A model generated the notes under the pieces. It made no database searches. It was not told the DNA's origin and saw only the letters and a program-made list of their open reading frames with translations. A stretch of 64,000 nucleotides of DNA. It comes from an uncultured cyanobacterium. Lineage in GTDB: Bacteria; Cyanobacteriota; Cyanobacteriia; Phormidesmidales; Phormidesmidaceae. The stretch is taken from NCBI GenBank assembly GCA_963793265.1, contig CAWBZI010000006.1:384001-448000 (forward strand). Reading direction: 5' to 3'. This document shows, in pieces, positions 10,547 to 19,004 of this stretch. The position numbers and the translations under genes are program-made. Position 1 is the stretch's first letter; each line of letters opens with the position of its first letter.

Positions 10547-10623
10547 CCAGTTCTGACGCTAATAAGACGTGCTGATTGGCTATAGAATTAAGCGAAAAAG
10601 GTCAGGCAGATAGATAGATGAGA

Positions 10624-10654
10624 GGGAGCAGGCGAGTTTCGTCGGCTCCTTTTT
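10624..10654 (+). terminator. Probable intrinsic terminator after the hli gene
   Basis: GGAGC..CGA-GTT-TCG..GCTCC hairpin followed by TTTTT. Confidence 0.55.
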
Positions 10655-10710
10655 GTTTGGTTCGCAAGTAGTTTGTTTGGTTTGAAAGTAGTTTGTTTGG
10701 TTTGAAAGTA
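10651..10710. repeat. Three tandem 20-bp repeats (GTTTGTTTGGTTTGAAAGTA)
   Basis: 10671-10690 and 10691-10710 are identical; 10651-10670 is a degenerate copy. Confidence 0.85.
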
Positions 10711-10728
10711 GCTTTCGGTCTAATCCAA

Positions 10729-11082
10729 CTAGCTACGCCAGCTAGCCATATCTTCGTCGGCATCATCCTCTTCGACATAATCAGAAGGGTCGTACCAAGC
10801 AGCCGCTGCCCTAAGCACGTCTGGAATCTCATCGTCAGGCTCAAATTCGAGCTGAGTTTCTCTTAGACCTAAGTAGCCTGATTCAGCAAAGGACGTAAGC
10901 ATTCGAGTAAGGGCAATCCATACGCGCTCTTCAAACTCCCATTCTTTAGTAAAAGGCGCGCGATCAGCGATAGATTTGAGCGCCCAGAAGTAGCTGTTAC
11001 GGACGATAGGGCCTTTTTTCTTGAAGGGGGGAACGTCTTCATTACGGATGAATAGGACGCCGTTGTCGATTCGGACACGCAT
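10729..11082 (-). CDS. Conserved hypothetical protein
   Basis: 117-aa ORF with globular-looking core (VRNSYFWALKSI, FAESGYLGLRETQLEF) and acidic tail. Confidence 0.8.
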   Translation of the reverse strand: MRVRIDNGVLFIRNEDVPPFKKKGPIVRNSYFWALKSIADRAPFTKEWEFEERVWIALTRMLTSFAESGYLGLRETQLEFEPDDEIPDVLRAAAAWYDPSDYVEEDDADEDMASWRS

Positions 11083-11171
11083 ATTATTTAGAGATGAGAT
11101 TCTGATATAGGCTGGATATGGCTAGGTATATCCAGACAACAAGCTAAAGATAGCAAGTAGAGCTGAAGCTG

Positions 11172-12026
11172 ATGGTGGCTGCTGTTTCCCTTCAAAATGT
11201 TCACAAAGTTTATAACAATACTTGCGTGGTGAATGACCTGTCGCTGGCCATTCAGCCAGGAGAAATTTTCGGACTGCTGGGGCCGAACGGGGCTGGAAAG
11301 TCTACGACGATTCGGATGCTAACGACCCTAGCGCAGCAGACTCAGGGCGATATTGTGGTAGCTGGCTATGATGTGAGCCGTCAAGCAGCGCAGGTACGGA
11401 GCCAAATTGGGGTGGTGTTGCAGCAGGTGAGCGTCGATGCGGATATGACGGCCTGGGAGAATATGGAGTTTCATGGGCGCATGCACCATATTCCATCGGC
11501 GCAGCGGCAGGCGGATATTCGGCGCTGGCTGGACTATGTGGGCTTGAGCGATCGCGCCCAAGACAAAGTAAAAACCCTCTCCGGCGGCATGAAAAGGAGG
11601 CTACAAATTGCCCGAGCCCTCCTGCATCAGCCCAGCATTTTATTTTTAGACGAGCCTACTGTCGGCCTTGATCCGCAAACGCGCAGGCGGCTATGGGAAA
11701 TTATTCGGGCACTGAATAAGGATCAGGGTATGACGATGCTGCTGACGACGCACTATATGGAGGAAGTGGAGTATTTGTGCGATCGCATCGGCATTATGGA
11801 TCAAGGCAAGCTGATTGAAACTGGCACCCTGTCAGAGCTGCAGCAAAAGCATGGCGAAGGAATTGTGATGAAGCAGAAGGGCGATCGCTGGGACTATATC
11901 TTTTTCCCGACCCTGCAAGAGGCCAACGATTATCTTGACGCGCAGCCAGACAAAACAGGTATGATGACGCGACCTGCCAACTTAGAAGACATTTTTGTTG
12001 AGCTGACGGGTCGCAACCTCGACTAG
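11172..12026 (+). CDS. ABC transporter ATP-binding protein (DrrA/NodI-like)
   Basis: Walker A GPNGAGKST, signature LSGGMKRR, Walker B LFLDEPT, TTHYMEE. Confidence 0.93.
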   Translation: MVAAVSLQNVHKVYNNTCVVNDLSLAIQPGEIFGLLGPNGAGKSTTIRMLTTLAQQTQGDIVVAGYDVSRQAAQVRSQIGVVLQQVSVDADMTAWENMEFHGRMHHIPSAQRQADIRRWLDYVGLSDRAQDKVKTLSGGMKRRLQIARALLHQPSILFLDEPTVGLDPQTRRRLWEIIRALNKDQGMTMLLTTHYMEEVEYLCDRIGIMDQGKLIETGTLSELQQKHGEGIVMKQKGDRWDYIFFPTLQEANDYLDAQPDKTGMMTRPANLEDIFVELTGRNLD

Positions 12027-12060
12027 CTCCGCCTTTCTAGAATTGATGAAGCACTTAAAT

Positions 12061-12852
12061 ATGTCTCGTCTTGCCAATACCATCGAAGCGATTTTATATC
12101 TGAAGGCGCAGCCCTTAAAAATTGCTCAGATTGCAGAATTTGCTAAGTGTGACAAAGACAGCGCCGAAGAAGGCTTGATTGCGCTGATGGGCGAATATGC
12201 TCACAGAGAAGGTGCTTTAGAAATTGCTGAGACAGAAGAGGGCTATGCGCTTCAGCTCAGGGAGGTGTATAAGCCGCTGGTTGATACGATTGTGCCATTG
12301 GATATTGGATTAGGGGCGCTGCGGACGTTGGCGGCGATCGCACTACGCGGCCCCATTGCCCAAAGCGAACTGGTTGATTTACGCGGCTCTGGCGTCTATC
12401 AGCACGTGCCTGATTTAGTTTCGCAAGGCTTTATAAAAAAGCGCCGACAGTCTGACGGGCGCTCCTCGTGGCTGCAAATCACCGAGAAGTTTTATCAGCA
12501 CTTCAAAATCGACAAGCTGCCCCAAATTGCGAATTTGAGCTTGCCTACACCCATCAAAGCAACGCCATCCGATGTCGATGCCACGACAGTTGCTACGACA
12601 TCGGACGCAACAGTTGACGCCGATGGCTCAGCGCCCGTGCCGACTGCTGAGCCGCTTGACTCTTTAACCTCAGCGCCCGAGACAGAAGGCGAAGTGTCCG
12701 AGACAACTGAGCATCTATCTGAGGCTAGTCGTGAGGAGATTGCGGTGCTTTCTGGAAGCGCGCTCCCCTCTGAAGGCTCTGTGCTCTCTGATGCCGCTAT
12801 CGATCAGGCCATGCCGTCTGAAGACGAAGAATCTGCAAAAGAAGAAGAGTAG
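12061..12852 (+). CDS. scpB: SMC-Scp complex subunit ScpB with acidic disordered tail
   Basis: IEAILY, ALRTLAAIALRGPIAQSELVDLRG, TEKFYQHF. Confidence 0.93.
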   Translation: MSRLANTIEAILYLKAQPLKIAQIAEFAKCDKDSAEEGLIALMGEYAHREGALEIAETEEGYALQLREVYKPLVDTIVPLDIGLGALRTLAAIALRGPIAQSELVDLRGSGVYQHVPDLVSQGFIKKRRQSDGRSSWLQITEKFYQHFKIDKLPQIANLSLPTPIKATPSDVDATTVATTSDATVDADGSAPVPTAEPLDSLTSAPETEGEVSETTEHLSEASREEIAVLSGSALPSEGSVLSDAAIDQAMPSEDEESAKEEE

Positions 12853-13047
12853 GCTTTACAGACAAGCAAATAAATTAAGAAAATGCATATCCGGGTCATA
12901 ATTCGTTAAGCTGTCACTAGCTGACCTTTAAAGCTTGCAGAATTCTTTGAAGGATGCGTGGAAATGACCCAGAGATGACCTCTGAAGATTCACCCATTCT
13001 GATTGCGCTCTCAGCGGTTAAGCTAACAGCAGTTATGCAGTATCTCT

Positions 13048-13404
13048 ATGGTTTTCAACCCTGAAAGCGCAGACTTCATCAGCCTGAATGCCGAGGACGG
13101 CAAGTCCAACGAGCTTTTGACTTACTTGCAGCACCAGCCACCCGAGGTTCTTAGCCGGGTTGCTCAATCAGTCAGCGGTGAAATTAAACAGATCATTTCT
13201 CACAATGTTCAGGGCCTTGTAGGCGTTTTGCCTGCTGATGGTTTTAATGTGCAGGTGAGTACCGACCGCGAAAATCTAGCAGGTTTGCTCGCCTCAGCGA
13301 TGATGACCGGCTACTTTTTGCGTCAGATGGAGCAGCGTATGGAGCTAGAAACCAATCTGTCGGGCTCATTAGACTTAGACGACGATCTTGATTCTGAAGA
13401 GTAG
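13048..13404 (+). CDS. DUF760 family protein
   Basis: LLTYLQHQPPEVL, NVQGLVG, RENLAGLLASAMMTGYFLRQMEQR. Confidence 0.92.
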   Translation: MVFNPESADFISLNAEDGKSNELLTYLQHQPPEVLSRVAQSVSGEIKQIISHNVQGLVGVLPADGFNVQVSTDRENLAGLLASAMMTGYFLRQMEQRMELETNLSGSLDLDDDLDSEE

Positions 13405-13444
13405 CGTTTACTCTAAATTCTAATTACATCTACTCAAATAAGGC

Positions 13445-13498
13445 CAAATAACCCGTAGGCGATCGCTTCCAACATGCGATTCTCCTATGGGTTATTTG
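13445..13498. terminator. Long inverted repeat (bidirectional terminator candidate) containing HIP1
   Basis: CAAATAACCCGTAGGCGATCGC...GCGATTCTCCTATGGGTTATTTG between the convergent DUF760 and protease genes. Confidence 0.6.
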
Positions 13499-13523
13499 CA
13501 TTTACAGGCGATTGGAGTCCGGC

Positions 13524-14771
13524 CTACTGGAACTCATCGGGTAGGGCGGTCGGGACAACACCAATCACCTGTAGCTCGCCTCCACGAACGACTTCTACTT
13601 TCAGTTCCTTGTCTAAGCCACCGCTTTCCACCTGTGACTGTACGTCGGTGACATCTAGAATGTCTACCTGGTTGACGCGTTTAATCAGATCGCCCCGTTT
13701 AAGTCCTGCAGATTCCGCTGGCGTACCCGGCATAACGCGCACAATGACGACACCACGATCTTCATCGATTTTGACGCCAATTTCTTCGTCCTGGTTAATA
13801 CGATCGCGCATTTCCTCATTCAAATTCACCATCTGAATGCCCAGATAAGGATGCTGCACCTCACCTGTTTCAAAGAGCTGATCTGAAATGCGCTTAGCCG
13901 TCTCAATCGGAATCGCAAATCCCAGACCCTGCGCGTTCGCGCGAATAGCCGTATTCACACCAATCACTTCACCATTTGCATTCAGCAAAGGCCCACCAGA
14001 GTTACCAGGATTAATGGCGGCATCGGTTTGAATGAACTGCACGCGCTTATCGGAGATACCGACCTGATTGCTAGATCTATCTAGAGCGCTGATAATGCCT
14101 GCGGTGACGGTGTTGTCTAGGCCCAGCGGATTACCGATTGCGATCGCCCACTGTCCAGGTGAGAGATCTTTAGTTGCGCCTAACGGGGCAACCGGCAGAT
14201 TATCAGCCTCAATTTTGATCACAGCCACATCTGTAATCGAATCAGCGCCAACCACCTCACCTATGAACTTTCGACCGTCTTTAAGCGTGACTTCTACCTT
14301 GTCGGCCCCTTCAATCACGTGTGCATTCGTCAGCAGCTTGCCATCGGCGCTCAAAATAAATCCAGATCCGGTACCTTGCTCAAACCGCTCTGGCAGTTCG
14401 GGAGCAACGGGCAATTCAGGCGAATTTTCTTCCTTAAAGAAGCGTCTAAACAACCGTTGCTCAAACGGATCATTTAGGCTGCTTACCGAACGAGAGGCAT
14501 CGATACGAACCACGCTAGGCCCCACTCGATTAACCGCCGTTGCAATAAAGTTAGAGTTGACCGGCAAACCCGCTACCGGTGCAATAGGCGTCACAATCTC
14601 CTGAGCAGCCGTAATCACAGATGGCTGCGGGCTAGTCTCATCCGGCGTTTGCGCCGCAACACTATTCTCAAAATTTTTCTCAGAAAGGGTAATATGCCCA
14701 GCCCAGCCCGCACCTGCCCCTAGCAGTAGCAGCAGTCCACCAAGACCCAACTGTTTAGGAGAAACCCCCAT
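13524..14771 (-). CDS. HhoA/HhoB/HtrA family serine protease with PDZ domain
   Basis: GTGSGFI, LTNAHV, DVAVIKI, QTDAAINPGNSGGPL, C-terminal PDZ (HPYLGIQM). Confidence 0.95.
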   Translation of the reverse strand: MGVSPKQLGLGGLLLLLGAGAGWAGHITLSEKNFENSVAAQTPDETSPQPSVITAAQEIVTPIAPVAGLPVNSNFIATAVNRVGPSVVRIDASRSVSSLNDPFEQRLFRRFFKEENSPELPVAPELPERFEQGTGSGFILSADGKLLTNAHVIEGADKVEVTLKDGRKFIGEVVGADSITDVAVIKIEADNLPVAPLGATKDLSPGQWAIAIGNPLGLDNTVTAGIISALDRSSNQVGISDKRVQFIQTDAAINPGNSGGPLLNANGEVIGVNTAIRANAQGLGFAIPIETAKRISDQLFETGEVQHPYLGIQMVNLNEEMRDRINQDEEIGVKIDEDRGVVIVRVMPGTPAESAGLKRGDLIKRVNQVDILDVTDVQSQVESGGLDKELKVEVVRGGELQVIGVVPTALPDEFQ

Positions 14772-14980
14772 GTCTAAATATTCCTCTTCAAAGTAGCCGC
14801 AATCATCTCAGCCGTTGTGCTAGTTGTCATCTCCAACTCCTTTCAAGAGCCCCTCTCAAGAGTATAGAGGTCAAAAGTCATAGAGACGTTCCTTCTACTT
14901 TAGCGAGTTCTGCCCTGAGAACCTGCTGGCTATCTTGAAATATATGATACTTACTAAAGTTTGTAGACTTTACATAATTC

Positions 14981-15940
14981 ATGCCTCGATCTTTCGACTC
15001 GCCTCAAGCAATCAGCCGACTAGCCAGTTTAACCAGTATCGCTGCTCAATTAACGACTCGATTAGCAGCTCGGTTGACCATCGGCGTTCTAGTCGTTGCG
15101 GCCTACGGTCAGCCTGCTTATAGCCAGCCTACTAACCAGTCTGTAGTTAGCTCTACTAAAGCAAACCCTAGCTGTCCGGCTGCTTTAGATCGAATGAGAT
15201 CGCATACTGTCTCATCAGGCGACACGCTCGCTAGCGTAGCAGCAGCCTACCGCATCGCACCGAATACACTAGCTCGGTTCAATCCTGGTATTGGCAGTAG
15301 CCTATCGCCGGGATCGACGCTGGCGATTCCGCCCTTCAATGGCGTGGTTGTGAGCCCAGCCGCTGGTGATACCTGGCAGACGGTGGCAGAGCGATACGAA
15401 AGTCGGGCTGATCTACTGTTTGAGATCAATGGCTGTGTCGCTGATTTGCCTGGGCAGATTTTTGTGCCGGGTGCGATTGGCCCTAGTGCGGCCCCAGGCG
15501 CGATCACAACTCGATCAACCACCGTCACCCAGCAGCTCGGCTATCCCCTGGCTCGCCCGGCAAACGTCGCTCTTAGCTATGGCTGGCAACCGCACTCCAC
15601 CCGAGACGAACTCGTCTTTAACAGCGGCATCGCCTTTATCATTCCAAACTCCGATGAGGTATTGGCGGCGACTGGTGGTACGGTAGCGTTTGCTGGCGCG
15701 CAAGCAGGGCTTGGGCAGATGGTGGTGATCAATCACTCACAGGGGCTACAAACTCGGTATGCCAACTTGAGTGAGATATCGGTTTCTGTCGGGCAAGCTG
15801 TAGCGGCGCAGGCGACGGTGGGCAAAGTAGGGGGCAACAGCGACCCCACCTTTATGTACTTCGAGGTGCGTACCAACTCAGACTCGGGTTGGATTGCTCA
15901 AGATCCGGGCAGATATTTGCCTGATTTGGAGCTGCGTTAG
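14981..15940 (+). CDS. LysM-domain M23 family peptidase-like protein
   Basis: Two LysM repeats (HTVSSGDTLASVA; GDTWQTVA) and an M23-like domain (GGTVAFAG, QTRYANL). The Zn-ligand histidines look substituted (FNSGIAF, RYANL, FMYFEVR). Confidence 0.88.
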   Translation: MPRSFDSPQAISRLASLTSIAAQLTTRLAARLTIGVLVVAAYGQPAYSQPTNQSVVSSTKANPSCPAALDRMRSHTVSSGDTLASVAAAYRIAPNTLARFNPGIGSSLSPGSTLAIPPFNGVVVSPAAGDTWQTVAERYESRADLLFEINGCVADLPGQIFVPGAIGPSAAPGAITTRSTTVTQQLGYPLARPANVALSYGWQPHSTRDELVFNSGIAFIIPNSDEVLAATGGTVAFAGAQAGLGQMVVINHSQGLQTRYANLSEISVSVGQAVAAQATVGKVGGNSDPTFMYFEVRTNSDSGWIAQDPGRYLPDLELR

Positions 15941-16135
15941 GTGCCATGCTAGCTTTTTTGGCCGAAGTTTCAAAGATGTACGCATAAACAGCTATTTATG
16001 TCTAACTGAAAGAAAAACTCGCTTAAAGCTAGCCAATCGTATAATATGCCTCTACAATTCCGGTATCTTTTGGATAAGAGGCTCCTTAAAGGACTCCTTA
16101 TTACTATGCATAGGCCGTCAGAGAGATCTAAAAAT

Positions 16136-17293
16136 ATGAAGCTTCCCACTGCTGAATCTAAAGGTCTGCCCCTCAAAAGCACAAAAACGCAGGACACTAA
16201 GACCCATAGCGTTTCGCCTTTAAAGCAGCTAGTCCGCAAGCTCTCCGGCTCTGCTAGTACAAAATCTTCTAGTGCGAAAAGCCCTAAGACAGAAGATGTT
16301 CAAACAACTGATACCGATGAATTAAAGATTTCTTCTGTTAAAAGCTCCAAAGGTTCTAAAGGCATACGAGTTGCGTTCACGCTGCTGCTCGTCAGACCTT
16401 GGGTGCTGGTACTCGGCTTTTGGCTATTTTCTATGTTAGGTGCGGCGTTAGCACTAGAAGGCATGATCAGCCCCAGAAAGCTAACCATGGCGCTGCCTGA
16501 ACCGGCTCAGATAGCGCCTGTGCGCAGTAGCTCTTTAATTGACGTTGAGCAGGCCGAATCAGGTGATATCGCCGCCGATGAGGTTCCTTTAGCAGAAGCT
16601 AGCGAATTGATTGACGGCACCGCTGAACGCGAGTTAGACAGCAGCTCAAACTTCCCAATGTGGACGTTGGGTGGTGTTGTCGGCACCTGCGCGGCAGGTT
16701 GCCTAGTGATGTCGAGGCGAAGGGCGATGGCGCGCATGGCCGTAGCTCGTGCACGCGGTCGGGTGCGTCGGGTGCGAGTGAGCGCAGCGCCGTCTATGAG
16801 TTCTAGCAGTACAGGCCAGAAGGGTGGTCAGGCTGCAGGACAAAAGACGCTTGTTCGTAAGCCTTCTAAGTCGTCCTCCAAATCTTGGAGCAATAGCTCA
16901 TCTGTTAAAAAGCCTCAAAAGCTGTCAGCTCAAAGCGGTGCTGAGTTGAGGCCGGTGACTGTCTCAAAAATCTCCGCTAAACCTGAAGTTGCCAAGCCCA
17001 CAAGAGCTAAGAAACGCCGCCAGCGCAACAACCGTGGCGCTGTGGTCACTCAGCAGGGCACAGTATCAAAGTCTAGGAGAAATCAGGTTTTGGCATCTCG
17101 CTCGACTGCTAGGCCATCGGCGATTGCACGTCCGTCTCATACTCGCTCCGCGCGTCGGTCGCCTTCTCGCATGGCTAGCCGTCAGTCTGTAGTCAGCGTG
17201 GTGCCCGCTAACGAATCTCACGCGCTTGACTGGTCCAGTGGCAGCCTGGCGCATCAGGTAGATGTGCGGCCTCAGCGAACGGCTTCGATGTAG
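16136..17293 (+). CDS. Hypothetical two-TM membrane protein with basic low-complexity C-terminus
   Basis: Long ORF with two hydrophobic segments and a C-terminal VVSVVPANESHALDW motif. Start uncertain (16046, 16106 or 16136). Confidence 0.7.
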   Translation: MKLPTAESKGLPLKSTKTQDTKTHSVSPLKQLVRKLSGSASTKSSSAKSPKTEDVQTTDTDELKISSVKSSKGSKGIRVAFTLLLVRPWVLVLGFWLFSMLGAALALEGMISPRKLTMALPEPAQIAPVRSSSLIDVEQAESGDIAADEVPLAEASELIDGTAERELDSSSNFPMWTLGGVVGTCAAGCLVMSRRRAMARMAVARARGRVRRVRVSAAPSMSSSSTGQKGGQAAGQKTLVRKPSKSSSKSWSNSSSVKKPQKLSAQSGAELRPVTVSKISAKPEVAKPTRAKKRRQRNNRGAVVTQQGTVSKSRRNQVLASRSTARPSAIARPSHTRSARRSPSRMASRQSVVSVVPANESHALDWSSGSLAHQVDVRPQRTASM

Positions 17294-18540
17294 CTTTTCG
17301 CCCAGGCGATCGCCTCTTCTTTTGAGTCAATAGTGCCTGCTGCCTGCGCTTGTTCTACCGCCTTGAGTAGCGCACCGACTTCTGGCCCTGGCCTAACGCC
17401 GAGCTGCTTCATGATGACGGTGCCGGTTATCAGCGCGCGGCTGTGAGCGATGGGGTTCTCAGGGTCGAGAAAGCGGGCAATCATGGGCCGTAGCATGGCG
17501 ATGTCTACGCCTTGAGCTACGGCTAATAGAGAAAAGGCTGGGAAGCTTTGACCGACTGCTTTGAACAGGAAAAACTGCTGCGATCGCGTTAACACATCAC
17601 AGCGCATGGCCTCAATATGGGGCTGCGCTTCGATTAGCATGAGCACTACTTGAGCTTCGCTGCGGCTGTATTTGAGCGCCTTGAGCTGCTCGCGGGCGAT
17701 CACCACATCCGCACAGAATATTTGACTCAGCTTGGCCGCTTTTATCCAGCTTTGATAAACGCCTGCTGGCACTGGCTTGATCCAATCTTGCAGGCGTTCA
17801 GCGTAGGCTGGCATTTGCTGCCTCAATTGAGCGATCGCCCGATCAATTGAGGCTATTTCCTCAACGCTATCTGCGGTGAAATGAGGTAAGCAAAACTGTA
17901 AGAGCTGGCTGTTTACCATTGGGTTCAGCACTGCTTTGTATAGCTGTTGGCCGCTTGACTGAACGCTGAGCAGGGCATCCAGTTCGCTATGGATACGCTC
18001 AACAGAGACACCTGCGAGCTGAGGAGCAAGCTGATCAATAGCAAGCTGAGTTTCTGGCGATAGGGTAAACCCTAGCTGCGCGGCCTGGCGGTAGCCTCGC
18101 ATCAGGCGGAGCGGATCGTCAGTAAGATTTTGGGGGCTGACCATGCGGATAACTTTGGCTTGGATGTCTGCCTCGCCGTTGAGCGGATCGATCAGGGTTT
18201 GGTTTTTGGGGTGGTAGGCGATCGCATTAATCGTAAAGTCGCGTCTGTGCAAGTCGGCCTCAATACTTTCCCCTTGCTGCTGCGCAAAATCCACCGTGAC
18301 CTGATCGAAAACAACCCGCGCAATTTCTCGTTCGGCATCAAGCACTACAAATCCAGCCTTGTAGGCTCGCGCAATTTTTGAGGCGGTTTTAATTGTGTGC
18401 TCGGGCAGCACGAAGTCTAGATCGAGGTAGCTGGCCTGGCGGTTGAGGAGGCGATCGCGCACGCTTCCGCCGACCAAGCAAGCCGCATCAGGCAGTAAGT
18501 CAATTGAAAAAGGCCAGGTTTCAGGTAAAAAGAGAGACAT
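17272..18540 (-). CDS. Class II tRNA nucleotidyltransferase (probably the CC-adding type)
   Basis: LVGGSVRD..DLDF, DLHRRDFTINAIA, DDPLRLMRGYR. No DHH/CBS extension, consistent with the short CC-adding member of the cyanobacterial CC/A-adding pair. Confidence 0.9.
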   Translation of the reverse strand: MSLFLPETWPFSIDLLPDAACLVGGSVRDRLLNRQASYLDLDFVLPEHTIKTASKIARAYKAGFVVLDAEREIARVVFDQVTVDFAQQQGESIEADLHRRDFTINAIAYHPKNQTLIDPLNGEADIQAKVIRMVSPQNLTDDPLRLMRGYRQAAQLGFTLSPETQLAIDQLAPQLAGVSVERIHSELDALLSVQSSGQQLYKAVLNPMVNSQLLQFCLPHFTADSVEEIASIDRAIAQLRQQMPAYAERLQDWIKPVPAGVYQSWIKAAKLSQIFCADVVIAREQLKALKYSRSEAQVVLMLIEAQPHIEAMRCDVLTRSQQFFLFKAVGQSFPAFSLLAVAQGVDIAMLRPMIARFLDPENPIAHSRALITGTVIMKQLGVRPGPEVGALLKAVEQAQAAGTIDSKEEAIAWAKSYIEAVR

Positions 18541-18682
18541 AAAAAATGGGCGCAATCTTTCTTTAGAAGATCGAAGAGACGCGCAAACAAAGAAACAAAA
18601 AACTTGCGCTACAGTGAAAGCAGAGCCGCATAGCAGCGCGGTTGGCTAAAAGTTTTTAGAGGCTTTGGGAGGTTAAAACGCT

Positions 18683-18963
18683 ATGTGTATTTGCGTCAAC
18701 TGCCACTACGTTGATGACTGTGTTACCTATCATGCAGTAGAAGAACAGCATCAGCAGCCTCACCTCACCGAATTACCGAGCTTTGAGCCTAAAAATCCGA
18801 CGATTAACGTCAACATTACCCCACCGAAAATAGAAATCAGCGGTGACAAAATGCTGTCGGGCAACGAATTTGGCTCGGAGTATGACGTGGTAGGCTGCGA
18901 TAGCTTTAAAAAGAGATGGGCAAGTGGGCAAAACTGCGTCCTGGCGAAGCAGTTCCAACCTAG
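18683..18963 (+). pseudogene. ycf34: Ycf34 family Fe-S protein, frameshifted as sequenced (probably a 1-nt homopolymer error)
   Basis: MCICVNCHYVDDCVTYHAVEEQHQQPHL N-terminus. The conserved C-terminus EMGKWAKLRPGEAVPT* lies in the -1 frame after the A5 run at 18908-18912 (stop TAG 18961-18963). Confidence 0.88.
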
Positions 18964-19004
18964 TTTTTCCCAGGCTAAGTCTTGTCTGAAGGTAGTTCGA
19001 GGCG

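Noticed and set aside
10651..10710. Possible mini-CRISPR array
   Set aside because: The repeats are directly adjacent with no spacers, and there are no cas genes.
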